From Chiloscyllium plagiosum (Eukaryota), in NCBI RefSeq assembly GCF_004010195.1, contig NC_057719.1, positions 30,413,477-30,477,476 on the forward strand: a stretch of 64,000 bases of DNA. The letters run 5' to 3'. This document shows positions 37,036-50,839 of the stretch, in pieces. Under the pieces are notes generated by a model. It made no database searches. It had not been told where the DNA came from and worked only from the letters and a program-made list of their open reading frames with translations. Position 1 is the stretch's first letter. The number at the start of each line of letters is the position of its first letter. Both the position numbers and the translations under genes were made by a program.

Positions 37036-39623
37036 GTCATTAACTCTCTCTATCATTGGCAAAGTGATGAAAGGTTCCAACAACAAGGCTATCAAATAGC
37101 ATTTTCTCACTAGCAAAGCACATCTCCACTAAGCATTTAACAATCTCCCCCTAAAAAATCAATGACATTACCAAGTCCCTATCAACAACATTTTGGGGTG
37201 ACCACTGATCAGAAACTTAAATGGACCAGTTGCATAAATGCTGTATATGTAAGAACAGGGTTAGGGATTGGGTATTTTACAACAAGTGGCTCATCTAATT
37301 CTCCAAAACCTGTCCACAATTCACACCACACGGATCTAGTCTGTGATGGAATAGATTCCACTTGTCTGAATGAATAGAGCTCCAAAGAAAATGAAAGTAG
37401 CCCAATGAATTCATCTGCCAGACATTAACTGCCACTTCTGGGGCTTTAACAAATACAATTTACATTGCATTAACTCCCACGCTGCTTCAACAATGGCTGC
37501 CACATTCATGCTGCAATGTGGGAAGCATAGTCACAAATATTTGTACAGCAAACTCTTCACAATAGCAAGGTCATAATGACAAGGTAATCTGTGCTTTTAT
37601 GTGACTTTAATTAAGGCACTAATATTGGTCAAGATCCTGGGGAGAACATCACATATTTGTCATCAGAATATCAAAACAGGATTCTATAAATCCACCACAG
37701 CATCCAGGGCTTTGAAAGACAGAACTTCTGACAGAGTCCTGCACTGTCACTACTTCATTGAAGTGTCAACCTTTATTTTATGCTTAAATCCTGGAGTGGT
37801 ACATGAACCCAGTTCAAAAGATGGAAGTGCAACCATGGCTGGTACTAAAATAACTTAGGGTCTTAGGGTTTAAGACCCTTTTCACTTCTGAAAATGTCTC
37901 GATCTAGTGTTAAGTTTTGCTCCCTAGTTCTATTACTTTTTGTTAACGTTGTACTTTCAGAATTTGAGTGACCTTTAATCCAAAAAAATCAAGCATTACA
38001 AGACTAGATTGTGTTATTGTTTTTCATTGTTCAACCCTTGGATTCCAGAAATTGTACTGCTCTCTTTATAAGATCAATATATGTTTCCTAAGATACAGTA
38101 CCCAAAATAACCTGCAGTGCTCCAGATATAATCTAAGCAGGGTTGTGCACAGTTGGAGCATGACTTTTAACTGTTGCATTCTAATCCTTTGGATACACAA
38201 ACCAGCATTCAGTTAAGCACTTTCATCCCCATTTATACCATTCTACACAATCCATGGATACGGAACTATATTCTGCTTACATTTTCATTAATTCTAGCTT
38301 TTCAACATTTAGTAAGTATTGTGATCTATCCTTTTAAGATCCACTGGGTCCAAAGTTAATGAACTTTCATTTGCCCATATGTAAATTCATTCATCACAGT
38401 TTCACCTATTCAATTAGTATCTGATTTTATGCATACATCTACACTGCTTACAAAACCATAAGACTTTGAAACCCAGATAACCAATTTTGCCTAACCTATC
38501 ATCCAAATCATTCTTAAATGGTGAACAGCTGAGGCCCCAACATCGACATTTTGCGAACTTCAGTAATTATCTCCTGCCAATTAGAGTTCTCTCGCCACTC
38601 ACCAAGTTTCCTGATCAGGTATTTCATTTGCCCTCAATTGCACAGGCTTCAACTTTAACCATGTATCTTGCGAAGAAATTTCCCAAAAGTGCTCTGAAAG
38701 TCCATACAATATCTAAAGACTGTGTCACTGTTTTAGTCACCTCATACAGCTTCACCTCAGCTGATGAACAGGGAACCAGGATGGTATTGCTTTTATCTGT
38801 AGGCTCATATGCACTTCAGATCTCATTTTCTTTTATTTCTGTCATATATTAACCTCTCCTTCTTCACAAAAAGAAACTTGACAATGGGTTGAGATGATGC
38901 CTCTATCTTTGCAAATGTATAAGAGTTATTTGGCTCTTCCTTTTAATTGCATCTGTATAACATTTCATCAATATGTTTTTCTACCCCTTGTAAGTGTCCT
39001 CTTTACACTAATCTAAATGCACTTGGAGCACTGAATTGACACACTGAAATAAAGGCTATTTGCTCCAGTTCTTATCTAATTGAAAACTCTCACTACTACA
39101 CAAAAATCTCCATTATATCTTTGGACATTGTAATCTTAAAAGGAACTGAGTCTAAATCAAGACTGGTCATGGTTCTCAGTATCTGATCTACAAGTGGGCT
39201 GGTACCTCAAGGCATTGAGAGCCACCCTCAGAATGTTGCCAAAAGATCATCTTGAAGATCCAATCTATAGCCGGTTCTAAAAAACAATTATGATAAATTC
39301 ATGACTGGGAACCTCAGGACAACATATGAACTTCAACTAACTATGCACACTCAAGCCTTCCAAACTAAGCAGCCTTTAGCAGATCATTAGAACTGCAATC
39401 AAGTGCACCCTAAACAGTAGCTTTGATGACAATGGAAGAAGTGAGCTAGAAAGAAGAAAAACAAAATCTTAGCTAGCAGATTGATCAGCAAATTGCAGCA
39501 ATAGTATTTTTAACACTAATTTAGGAGCATTGCTTGGGAATTCTATTTTAATAAAATGCTTCTTTATATTTTTATGCAATAATCAAGTAATTAAATTATT
39601 AAATAAAATTTTCATGTCCTTAC

Positions 39624-39712
39624 TTGAAGACAGAGGGAGGCCTGCCATTTTTGTGCTTCACAAAGATGCCTTCCAAACACGCACCTATAAGGAGGTCATT
39701 CCCTTGGCTATC
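39624..39712 (-). CDS. PTPN21: PTPN21 exon (~exon 8), FERM F3, 89 nt
   Basis: Encodes [30 protein letters not shown]. Acceptor ttgaag, donor gtaagg. Confidence 0.94.
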
Positions 39713-40029
39713 CTTCAAGCATTTAAAAACAAAAATCAGAATTATACAGTAATTATGAAACGATAGAGCTTTAACAGTCCATATTGTGAGTCATATCTAT
39801 TCAAGGATTTGTGGAAAGTTATATTATAGTTACAAAAGAAAAGAGAAAAAAGAAATGGCAATCTTCTCAAATTCATATGGATTGGTCTCATCTTTACACC
39901 AGTTGACATTGTGATTGCAAGTAGATTTTTTGCTTAGCTTAGTTTATTGTTTTAAAAGTCATTACTCTCCTCTCTACTGCCTCCCTTGCACATTTTGGTT
40001 CAGAAATTCTTCCTGCACTCTGAAAATAT

Positions 40030-41185
40030 GACATAAGATCATAAGAGCAGAAATTAGGCCAATCAGCCCATTGAGTCTGCTCCGCCATTCAATCATTGCT
40101 GTTAAGTATATCAGGGAGAAAGAGAGGACTGCAGATGCTGGAGATCAGAGTCGAAGACTGCAGTGTTGGAAAACAACAGGTGGTCAGGCAGTATCCAAAG
40201 AGCAGGAGAATCAATGGTTCAAGTATCAGCCCTTCATCAGGAATCAGAGGGGCAGGAGAATTGATGTTTTGAGCATAAACCGTTCAAAAGTTTCTCAATC
40301 CCATTCTCCCCATAACCTTGATCCCCTTGACAATCAAGAAACTATCTTAAATATATGGAATGATTTGGCCTCCACAGCCTTCTGTGGCAGCGAGTTCCAT
40401 AGATTCAACACACTCTGCCTGAACAAGTTTCTCCTTATCGCAGTTATAAAAAGTTCTTCCCTTTAATCTAAGGATGTGCCCTCAGGTCCTAGTCCCTCCT
40501 ACCAATGGAAACATCTTCCCAACATCCACTCTGTCCAGGCCATTCAATTAGATCCCCCCTCATCCTTCTGAGCTCAATTGGGTACAGACCCAGAGTCTTC
40601 GAACATTCCTCATTTGTTAAACTTTTAGTACTGGGACCATTCTCGTGGACCTCCTCTGTACATACTCCAGGGCCAGTCCATCCTTCAGAGATACGAGGCC
40701 CAAAATTGAACACAATACTCCAAATTTGGTTTGACCAGAGCCTTCTAGAGCCTCAGAAGTATATCCCTGCTTTTATATTTAAGTACTCTCAAAATAAATG
40801 CCAACACTGCACTTGCCTTCCTAACAACTGAATTATCCTGAACATTTCCCCTGAGAGAATCCTGGACTCGAACTCCCAAGTCTCTTCGCAAATTTCTGAA
40901 TCTTCCCCCATTTAGAAAATAGTACATGCTTCTATTCTTCTTACAAAAGTGCAAGACCTTACACTCCATCTGCCATGTCTTTGCCCATCCTCCTAACCTG
41001 TCCAAACACTTCTGCAACCTCCCTACCTCAATACTACTTGCCTTGTACCTATCTTTGTATCATCTGCATTCTTAGCCAGAATTTCCTCAGTTTCTTCATC
41101 TGGATCATTAATGATGAAAGTGAAAAGTTGTGGTCGCACCACTGACCCTTGAGGAACACCACTTGTCACCAGCTGCCATCCTGAC
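40030..41185 (-). mobile_element. CR1 LINE fragment with nested PLE-end pieces (~40114-40290)
   Basis: ORF 40745..41017 (LDRLGGWAKTWQME). ggtgttcctcaagggtcagtg (GVPQGSV) near 41140-41160 on the minus strand. Confidence 0.85.
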
Positions 41186-41221
41186 TTGATACACTGCAGA
41201 CTTGTTCTACTTCCAGTCAGT

Positions 41222-42029
41222 GTGTGGTGCTGGAAAAGCCCAGGTCAGGCAGTATCCAAGGAGCAGGAGTATCAATGTTTCAGGCATAAACCCTTTGTCA
41301 GGAATGAGGTTTGCGGGCCAGGAGGCTGAGAAATAAATGGGAGGAGGGGAGGTGGGGCCAGGGAAGGAGCTGAGAATGTGATCGGTAGATGAAGGTGGGG
41401 GAAGAAGGCGATAGGTCAGAGGGGAGGATGGAGCGTTTACATGAGGAAGACGGAGTCCTTTACGTCAGTGGAACGGGATGCCAACTTTTGGATTGTTTCA
41501 GAGAATGTCTCTGGGACACTTGCACCAACCAACCCCACTGCCACGTGGTTGAACACTTCAACTCCCCCTCCCACTCCGCCAAGGACATGCAGCTCCTGGG
41601 CCTCCTCCAATGACAAACCCTAATCACCCAACGACGAGAGGAAGAACACCTCATCTTCCGCTTTGGGACCATGCAACCACACAGGATCAATGTAGATTTC
41701 ACCAGTTTCCTCATTTCCCCTCTCCCACATTATCCCAATCCCAAGCCTCCAACTCAGCACCGCCCTCTTGACCTGTCTATCGCTTTTCCCATCTGTACTA
41801 TTGCCTTTTCCCCACTTTCATGTACATATTGCATTTGCAGCTACCTTCGCCCCAGCCCCAACCCCTCCCATTTATCTCTCAGCTCCCCCGGCCCACAAGC
41901 CTCATTCTCAATTAAGGGTTTATGCCCAAAATGCCGATACTCCTACTCCTCGTATGCTGCCTAACCTGCTGTGCTTTTCCAGCACCACACACTCGACTCA
42001 GATCTTCAGCATCTGCAGTCCACACTTCC
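41222..42029 (+). mobile_element. Penelope-like element with a decayed GIY-YIG segment between inverted termini; 17-bp TSD
   Basis: GVLYVSGTG..L.DCFRECL...VVEHFNSPSHS and EEEHLIFRFGTMQPHRINVDF. TSD ttctacttccagtcagt at 41205-41221 and 42030-42046. Confidence 0.85.
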
Positions 42030-42759
42030 TTCTACTTCCAGTCAGTTGGTTATACTATAGTTCATTATTTTTTAATCATGCAGCTCAAGTAATAAAATTA
42101 CTAATTCAGCTAGAACTACAAACTATCCCCAAGTTAATTTGGTTATTTGTTTAGAGCAAAGTAAAAAAAAACTAAACAAATAAAGAGGTTAAAAATAATG
42201 AGTGGTGGAATTTCCGATAAATATCATGCAAGCAAAGGAAAGCTGGTAGCAGAACCATTGATAAGAATTCTTAATTGTGAGCATTTCATAATCTTGCTGT
42301 GCATTTAAACTAGCTTTTACAAGAAATGCAAAATGTGAACTGTGTGCGCAATCATCTTATTAAGTCATTGACAAAATTCAATCAAGACTGTATTGAAAAA
42401 TCTGGAAACATTTCTCACTTTTCAAGTTTAACATCTATTCATAAATTGAGCAAGTTTTCAATTTGTACTGTATTACTACTTTAGACACTTATTTAGTTTT
42501 CTATTAATAAATCTGGACAACTAGCTTCTAGACAGTTTTTTGCAACTTTTTTTCTGTCATCTGAGAAGGAAGTGGCAAAGAGTCTCGGGGACATTCCAAG
42601 CATCTTCCAGTAAACAATTTACCACAGTCTGACATTAATTGTTAGACTTGTCATCTCTCTCACATCAGCACATAAGGATGCAGATTTCAACTCATAAGAA
42701 ATTGGGATCTGTTGATGCAAACTGCAATGCAATCACAAAAGATGTGGAGATGACAATGC

Positions 42760-42913
42760 TGGACTGGGTGGACAAAGTTAAAAATCACAACACCAGATTA
42801 TAGTCCAACACACTTATTTGGAAAAACAAAATTTCTGACCGCCATGCTCCAAAAACTTGTACTTCCAAATAAATCTGTGGGACTATAACCTGGTGTTGTG
42901 TGATTTTTAACTT
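42760..42913. mobile_element. Palindromic terminus of another (probably PLE) family
   Basis: Arms aagttaaaaatcacaacaccagattatagtcc / ggactataacctggtgttgtgtgatttttaactt. The same end recurs at ~47660. Confidence 0.6.
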
Positions 42914-43269
42914 AGGCCACAAAAGATGCTGAAGGAAAAAAAGTGTAGACTGTAATGAAATTGAAAACTTTGTAATATTATAACATCAACACACACTATG
43001 CAGTAAATTTAATTTGCAGACAATGGGTCATAAATTCATCCATGTAACCAAGAGATGGAGCTCTGTTGGGAGCATCATGTCCATAGAACAGTTCTCATTT
43101 TATTTGCAATGTATTCATAATAATCTAAATTATTTAATCACTCATTGTTGTGCAGACTCAAGTTTCTACCTAATGTGGTATTTACATTAAGTGTAAAACT
43201 TCAGATTAGGACATATTCATAATTGCTTTTAAAACTCTAGTTATTACTAGTAATGCATAAAATATTGGA

Positions 43270-43760
43270 TCATCGGAACAGAAGTAGGCCATTCAGTCTC
43301 GAGTCTATTCTGCCATTCAGTGAGATCACAGCTGATCTGGCACCTAACTCCATTTATCCGTCTTTGGCCCATATCCATTACGATCTTTGCTTAACAAAAA
43401 CGTACCTATCTCAGATTTAAAAACAACTACTAATCTGCATCTACTGATGTTTATGGAAGTTTCTCAAAACATTGTGTACATAGGAGTGCTTCATAACATC
43501 TCTCCAGAACAGTCAGGCCCTAATTTTCACACTATGCCCCCCTAGTTTTAGAATGCTTAAACAGTGGAAGTAATTTGTCTTTATCTACCCTGTTTTTTCC
43601 TGTTAAATCTTGAAGACTTTTATCAGACTCAACCTTCTAAATTCGAGAAAACAGGCTTGATTTGTGTAATTTCGCCCCATAAAACTTAACCCCTGAAGTT
43701 CACATATCATTCTTGTAAACCTACATCGTATTCCCTCTAACGCCAATATATATTTCTGAA
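43270..43760 (-). mobile_element. Older CR1 3' region, split by the CR1 at 43760-44898
   Basis: ORF 43603..43803 (ILALEGIRCRFTRMI...LEFRRL). Continues at ~44900-45200. Confidence 0.7.
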
Positions 43761-44898
43761 GGTGTATATGGACTTCAGTAAGGCATTTGACAAGGTTCCT
43801 CATGAGAGACTGGTTAGCAAGGTTAGATGTCTTCGAATGCAGGGAGAATCAGCCATTTGGATTTAGAACTGGCTTAAAGGTAGAAGACCAATGGTGTGCC
43901 ACAAGGATCGGTGCTGGGTACACTACTTTTTGTCATTTATATAAATGATTTGGATGCGAACATAGCAGATATAGTTAATATGTTTGCAGATTACACCAAT
44001 ATTGGAGGTGTAGTGGACAGCGAAGGAGGTCACCTCAGAGTACAACAGGATCTTCATCAGATGGACCAATGGGCTGAGGAGTGGCAGATGGAGTTTAATT
44101 TAGATAAATGCCAAGTGTTGCATTTTGGAAAAGCAAATCAGAGCAGGACTTATACACTTAATGATAAGGTCCTAGGAAGTGTTACTGAATAAAGAGACCT
44201 TGGAGTGCAGTCTCATAGCTCCAAAACAGAATCACAGGTAGATAGGATAATGAAGGCGGTGTCTGGTATGCTTTCCTTTACTGGTCAGAGTATTGAATAG
44301 AGGAGTTGGGAGGTCATGTTGCAGCTGTAAAGGACATTGATTAGGCCACTTTTGGAATATCGCTTGCAAATCTAGTCTCCTTCCCACTGGAAGGATGTTG
44401 TGAAACTTGAAAGGGTTCAGAAAAGATTTACAAGGATGTTGCCAGGGTTGGAGGATTTGAACCATCAGGAGAGGCTGAATAGGCTGGGGCTGTTTTCCCT
44501 GGAGTATCAGCTGAGGGGTGATCTTATACAGGTTTATAAAATCATGAGGGGCACGGATAGGATAAATAAGCAAGGTCTTTTCTCTGGGGTGGGAGGAGGA
44601 GTACAGAACTAGAGGGCATAGGTTTAGGGTGAGAGGGGAAAAATATAAGAGAGACCTAAGGGTCAACTTTTTCATACAGAGGGTGGTGTGTGTATGGAAT
44701 GAGTTGCCAGAGGAAGTGGTGGAGGCTGGTACAATTACAGCATTTAAAAGGCATCTACATGTGTATAGGAATAGGAAGGGTTTAGGGAGATATGGGCCAA
44801 GTGCTGGCAAACGGAACTAGAATAGGTTAGGCTCTGGTCAGCATGGATGAGTTGGACCAAAGGGTTTGTTTCTGTGCTGTACATCTCTATGACTCTAT
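43760..44898 (+). mobile_element. Young CR1 (HER1-type) LINE, RT region to 3' end
   Basis: DFSKAFDKVPH, PQGSVLGTLLFVIYINDLD, FADYTNIGG. Ends ctctatgactctatg. Confidence 0.93.
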
Positions 44899-46500
44899 GT
44901 TGTGCTCAGATGTGCTCATGGTACTCCAAATAGGTTTTAACCAGTGTTTTGTTTAACTGTGGCATAAACTCTGCAAGTTCGTACTCTAGCCCTCTAGATA
45001 CAAAAAGCCTGCATTCTATTCTCGATTATTTTCTGCATCTGCTCGTGATATTTTAAAGATCAATGCACCTGAATCCCAAGTCTCTTTCAATATCTACTGT
45101 ATTAAACTTCAAAATACCTGGAAAATGCCCTGATCTATCCTTTCATGGTTCAAAATGGATAACTTCACTGCTCACACTGAACTCCAGATGCAGCAGTCTT
45201 GACATTGCTTCATTACGTCTATTTATATAAAAAAATTCTTGAAAAGCAACTGAAATTAAAATGGGTAAGTACTCCAACATGCAAAACCGCTGAAGTCATT
45301 ACAGGGATAGATTTATGTACATTTGTTGTAATTACTTCAATCGATGTAATGTACTGAAATAGTCCAAAGAGCATATTTCAGCATGGAGTACTTTTGAACT
45401 TTGTTTCCACAGGCATTACATCTGTTATGATTTATTAGATCACATACAGTCATACACCAAACGTTAATGGCCTAGATCTACTAATGACTAACCCCAACAG
45501 GTGTGCATTAGAATCTGTCCTAAGTCCCAATGTGTTGGCTTTGCAGTAACTGTCGAGGAAGTTTAAATTTCTGATGGGCAATTGTATTTGGAGGCTTCCA
45601 GACCATAAATACCGAATTCTGAGAAGGTGCATTTGGAAGGTTCTCTCACTTACCTGGATAGTTAGTTATTCAGGAAACTTTATAGGGATACCAATTGGTT
45701 TTGACTCTTCGATAATTATGAAACTAATAGCTTAATTAAACACCAACACCCTTGAAGCATCTGACCCACCCCAAAACCAAACCTGCTCTATCTTACCCCT
45801 TACCCACCCATCTGGCATCCTACTCTAACCCACCTTACACAACTAGCTTCTTTCTGTACTTTACCAGTACTTTGGACCTTTAGGCTGTGTTTAATTATTG
45901 GATTATAGCACATCTTGCTGTAAAAGGGCTTTTGTGAAAATTCACATAAATGTTACTGGTGTGGTTTGTTAGGTTGCATCTGATGGGATGATCCTACTTC
46001 AAAAGTTGGGGCCCAAACAATTGTACAAAGGTTAAGACCAAAACTTTTTGTCTGAGCTAGATCAGAAATGGGAAATTCAAAGATCTGGGCCAAAATGCAA
46101 GAGATGACAACATTGAATTATTAGCCAGAATAAACTGTGACTATACAGAGGTTTTAAAAAGTCCTTTGCAGCTTAGAACTATTAGGTACATTCAATGCTA
46201 TGACGTATGTTATTTTGCCAATCCATATTAATATTTTTCTTTTCTCACCAAAGCAAGATTATCACTGCTGCTATGTGTTGCAAATTCTTGTATAAGAAAC
46301 CAAAAAAAAGTAAATATATTTGCAATTAAGTCTGTGCAATTAGAAATGCTGAGAATTGGGGCCAGTTTCACTTAGACTTACTTTGAAATTTTACTTTTCT
46401 GTATTTTTGACTAAAACGCTCCCAAAACCTTCTTTATTAGAAGCGTTATGTTCTTTTGTATTTTATCTTATTCAAAACTCCTCTACCTCCTAATCCATAC

Positions 46501-46588
46501 CTTGGCTGCATAGTTTTCATGACCATAACCTTCCATTTTCACCACCTCCTGAAGAAACAATAACTCTGTCTCAGATGGAGTAAGCCCC
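46501..46588 (-). CDS. PTPN21: PTPN21 exon (~exon 7), 88 nt
   Basis: Encodes [29 protein letters not shown]. Acceptor ttttag, donor gtatgg. Confidence 0.94.
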
Positions 46589-47394
46589 CTAAAAATACAG
46601 CAAATCAAAACAAAAATTTGAAGTATTAGCAAACTTTAACACATGAAATAGCAAGATAATACTTTATAAACATTGAGAAATTAAAAACAATTAAAACAGA
46701 CCTGATTTGACAAAAGGCTTCCATAAGTTAATCTTACTCACTCTTCCAAGTTTGGAAAAAATTTTTAAAATCCCTCCATTTAAAAGTAACAGTTGTTCTT
46801 TGGCTGTAAGGCTCTCTTACTATATTCTTGTTGTTTTCATTCAATCTAACTGCATAACCTTTCAATGTATACATAGTCAATTTACTCTGACTAAACCTAA
46901 CAAATCATTGATTCTATATCACAATTTTGTAATTAAAGCCATGATCTCATTGAGTGGCAGAGTATACTTTATGGCTGAATGGCCCACTTCTGCTCCTGCA
47001 TCTTATAGTGTACACTACAATATCTTCCAAAGATCAAACACTCTTCTGTTCCTTGGTTGTGCTGATGGTAATGTACCAACTGCCGATGGCAATGTTTCAC
47101 TCAGACATGCTGTCTGAACCTGCTAGTGAGATACATAAATATGCTATAAAATATAATCGCTTCATTCTAATTTTTCACTGTTTTCCAAAAGCAAATCTTT
47201 GATCTCTATTAGATACATTTCACACACAAGATCACCAGATACAGGAGCAGAATTTGGCCATTCAGCCCACGAAGTCTGATCTACCATTCATTTATGGCCA
47301 CAACTGAGAGATCAGGATTTTTGTTGAATGGGACACTGACTACATGTTTCAATATTCTGTAGTGTCCTTCAGCAGGCCATGGAGATGTGGGATT

Positions 47395-47484
47395 GAGAGC
47401 TGAAAATGTGTTGCTGGAAAAGCGCAGCAGGTCAGGCAGCATCCAAGGAACAGGAGAATCGACGTTTTGGGCATAAGCCCTTCT
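47395..47484 (-). mobile_element. PLE-terminus fragment
   Basis: Near-identical to the left arm of 9934-10158. Flanked by gattga. Confidence 0.8.
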
Positions 47485-47649
47485 GATTGAACTTTGTTTT
47501 ATAACAAATAAAAAATTTGACTGGATTAAACATGAAAGAAATGATGTTCTATTTAAATAATGTCATTTGAAAAACTCTTTCCATAAGTAAGCTATGCAAT
47601 GGTCAGAGGTAAGGGGATTGATTATGTAGCTAATGTAAACTTAAGCTGA

Positions 47650-48310
47650 CAAAAGTGAAAATGTTAAAAATCACACAACATCAGGTTATAGTCCAAAAGG
47701 TTTATTTGGAAGCACTAGCTTTTTGGACTGCTGCTCCTTCATCATGGCTTTGGAAGAGGGTCATAAGACATAGAATTTATAGCAAAAGGTTACAGTGTCA
47801 TGCAACTGAAAAGATAGATTGCTATTAAGTCTTTCATCTTCTGGAATGGGTTGCAGATTCTGGCTCATTAAAAGAAAAGTGACAGTTCAGCTCAGACAAT
47901 GCAGTAAAAGGTATGAGGTTAGAGTCTGTCTATATCCCAATCTGGAGTCATACCTGTTCTATTTCCTAAATAGGAATTTGTGACACACGCCCGCCCACGC
48001 CCTCTCACAGGTGTATACTCCATCTCTCTCTCACACACACACACACACGCTCTCACACACACTCTCAGACGCACACACTCATATTAGTCTATGGGGTGAA
48101 TCTGTTTTAGCAGAATTGTATTTGCAGATATACTCTATTTTGCTCAAAAAGCGCACAATCTGCAGGCAGGCAAGCCATGTCATAGTTTACAAATTCCTAC
48201 TTTGGAAATAGAACTAGTCTGGCTCAAGTTTGGGATATCGACAGACTTTAACCTCATATCTTTAATACATTGTCTAAAATAAAACGTTGTTATCTGGAGA
48301 ACATGACTTA
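47650..48310 (-). mobile_element. Probable PLE-derived element with internal (CA)n tract (~48032-48080)
   Basis: Same terminus as 42760-42913. Degenerate minus-strand tgatgaaggagcagcagtccaaaaagcta hammerhead-like motif. Confidence 0.5.
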
Positions 48311-48312
48311 CA

Positions 48313-48935
48313 GTCAGAGATGTACAGCATGGAAACAGACCCTTTGGTCCACTTGTCCATACCAACCAGATATCCCAACCCAATCTAGTCCCACCTGCCA
48401 GCACCTGGCCCATAACCCTCCAAATCCTTCCTATTCATACATCCAGATGCCTTTTAAATGCTGCAATTGTGCTAGCTTCCACCACTTCCTCTGGCAACTC
48501 ATTTCATACACGTACCACTGTATGTATACCCCTTAGGTCTCTTATATCTTTCTACTCTCACTCTAAACCTATGCCCTCTAGTTCTGGACTCCCCTACCCC
48601 AGGGAAAAGATTTTGTCTATTTATCCTATCCATGCCCTTCATGATTTTATAAACTTCTGTAAGGTCACTCCTCAGCCTCCCACGCTCCAAGGAAAATAGC
48701 TTCAGCCTATTCAGCCTCTCCCTTTAGCTCAAATCCTCCAACCCTGGCAAAATCCTTGTAAATCTTTTCTGAACCCTTTCAAGTTTTACAACATCTTTCC
48801 GATAGGAAGGAGACCAGAATTGCACGCAATATTCTAACAGTGGCCTAACCAACGTCCTGTACAGCTGCAACATTACCTCCCAACTCCTGTACTCAATACT
48901 CTGACCAATGAAAGGAAAGCATACCAGACGCCAGC
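48313..48935 (-). mobile_element. Young CR1 LINE 3' fragment
   Basis: ORF 48499..48690 (EVYKIMKGMDRINRQNLFPG). Reverse complement of the ~44260-44890 region. Confidence 0.92.
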
Positions 48936-49897
48936 TTTATTAAAAAGTGGAAACAATTTTAATGCGGCGACAGGTTTATTCAAAGGCACAGTTGTATATG
49001 AAAACAACAAAGCATGCTTGACCTGTGTAATAGCCTGTTTGGTTATTTTGTGGTTTAGATTATTTTAGAAATCAAGTTACTGTGGAGTTCCACATAGCTT
49101 CTGTATTTAAAGGATATTAATAGAGTCTCCACAATTCTCAAATATATAATTTGAGGTGATTTAGGAGGTAACACTAGATACTCTGTACCAGCAAACTTTA
49201 AATGCATCTGCTCAATCTTATCTTCAAAAAGATCTATGGAATTCCTAAGGGGAGAACAAGCTGTTACAATGCTCAGAAAATGACTGGCATATTAAAGAAT
49301 GAATGAGGAGATAGTAGAAAATGATATTATTAAAAAGACCAATACTTTAAAAGAAACCAATCAGGAACTGGACATATTATTTAACTAATCCAAGATTAAC
49401 CATGAACTAATAAACTAATTAGAGTTCAGAATGCCTCTAAATATGCACAGGGGCTAGTGACTAGTAAAGGTTAATAAGGCATGAACTTTAGCTCAATGCA
49501 TATGAAGGAAGTTCGATTATAAAAAGGTACTGGAATCAAAAAGTATATAACTTGCAGCAGAGATTGAAAGCCAACTGTTTTTATTAAGCACCATTTATTT
49601 TGTAATTGTTGTGAAAAACTTTATAGATTCTGCAAAACATGAGAAGATATATTTATAACTGGAATGGGTCAAAACTCAGTCTGTAACTATAATTTGAGTG
49701 TCTTGTGGCAACATCATTTTCCCTGCCTCTGGGCGAGAGGATCCAGGTTCTACTCCCACCTCCTACAAATACTTCATAACATGACTGAATTAGAATTAAT
49801 TCTAACTGCAACTGACTTAGGTCTTGCAATTAAAGCTGAAGTACACCCAAAAACCTTACAATGAGGTGCTAAGATTAATATAGAATATATACCTCAC

Positions 49898-49968
49898 CTG
49901 AATTTCCGATATAATGAAGCAACTTTCTGTGTTGCTTCTTGAAGCATTCGTTCATCTTGAATCCAATT
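49898..49968 (-). CDS. PTPN21: PTPN21 exon (~exon 6), 71 nt
   Basis: Encodes NWIQDERMLQEATQKVASLYRKFR. Acceptor gcaaag, donor gtgagg. Phases match both neighbouring exons. Confidence 0.93.
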
Positions 49969-50839
49969 CTTTGCAAGGTCAGAGGTGTTATCGTGGAATA
50001 GCAAGGTAAAAAGATAAAACAGTCTTGTTAATAATGTAAATTAAACAAAGCCTTCTGTATTTGACACTGTATTGAATAAAATGTTTGGCTTCACTTCAGT
50101 TTCACAGGATAAACAAAACATGAACTTTTATGACACTACTCTAATATAAATTTTCACATGTAATATTAAGTGCTCTTTGGACTGTTTTAAGCAGAGAAAT
50201 AAATTTGGAGTATTCAAGGTAAAATTATTTACTTTTACTTACAACTACATTTTGAAAATTCTAATTGTCTAGCCTCCGGCCCTCAACTGGAACATTTCTG
50301 TAACAAGTGGTTTTGTCAACTCTGCCCTCACCCTCAAACTGTGATGGTAGCAAAGTTCAATCAGATTCTTTGGCCAGGATAACGCCACCAATTTTATAAC
50401 TCCATGTGGTTGGTCTTATTTTCTCTCTCTCTTTGCTATGACAATGTAAAAGAGTGAATAAGTCTAATGCTGCCACTAACACCAAAAGATGTTGATGCAT
50501 CACACAGCCACGGTCCCATGTGCAGACCATATTACCTGTCTATCTTCATATCTGGCGTAAATCATTATCAAACATTTTCCAATCCAATTAATGAAAAATG
50601 GAGCAGAGGAAAACTACATTCAACTGGGTTTTTAACAAGCTCAATAGTTTTAGTTCTTTTTCCCCCCAAGACAGTGGGCAAGGTTCTGACTTAAGCATTT
50701 GCTCACCTTCCATAATATTGCAAATGGCTTGCTGATGTCAGTTTGCTAATCTAACATCACATTATATCTTGTTTCAGCACTGATGGAAAAGGTTGTTCCT
50801 TTTGATTCGTAGCCATAAATGTTAAAATTCTCATTCTTC

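Noticed and set aside
43896..44820. RT-like ORFs as an active retrotransposon
   Set aside because: The copy is 5'-truncated with stops and frameshifts, as are all LINE copies in the window.
5780..49975. AAG acceptors (at 5780, 39713 and 49969) as non-canonical or U12 introns
   Set aside because: All are GT-AG, and the donors lack the U12 GTATCCT consensus; AAG acceptors are uncommon but ordinary.
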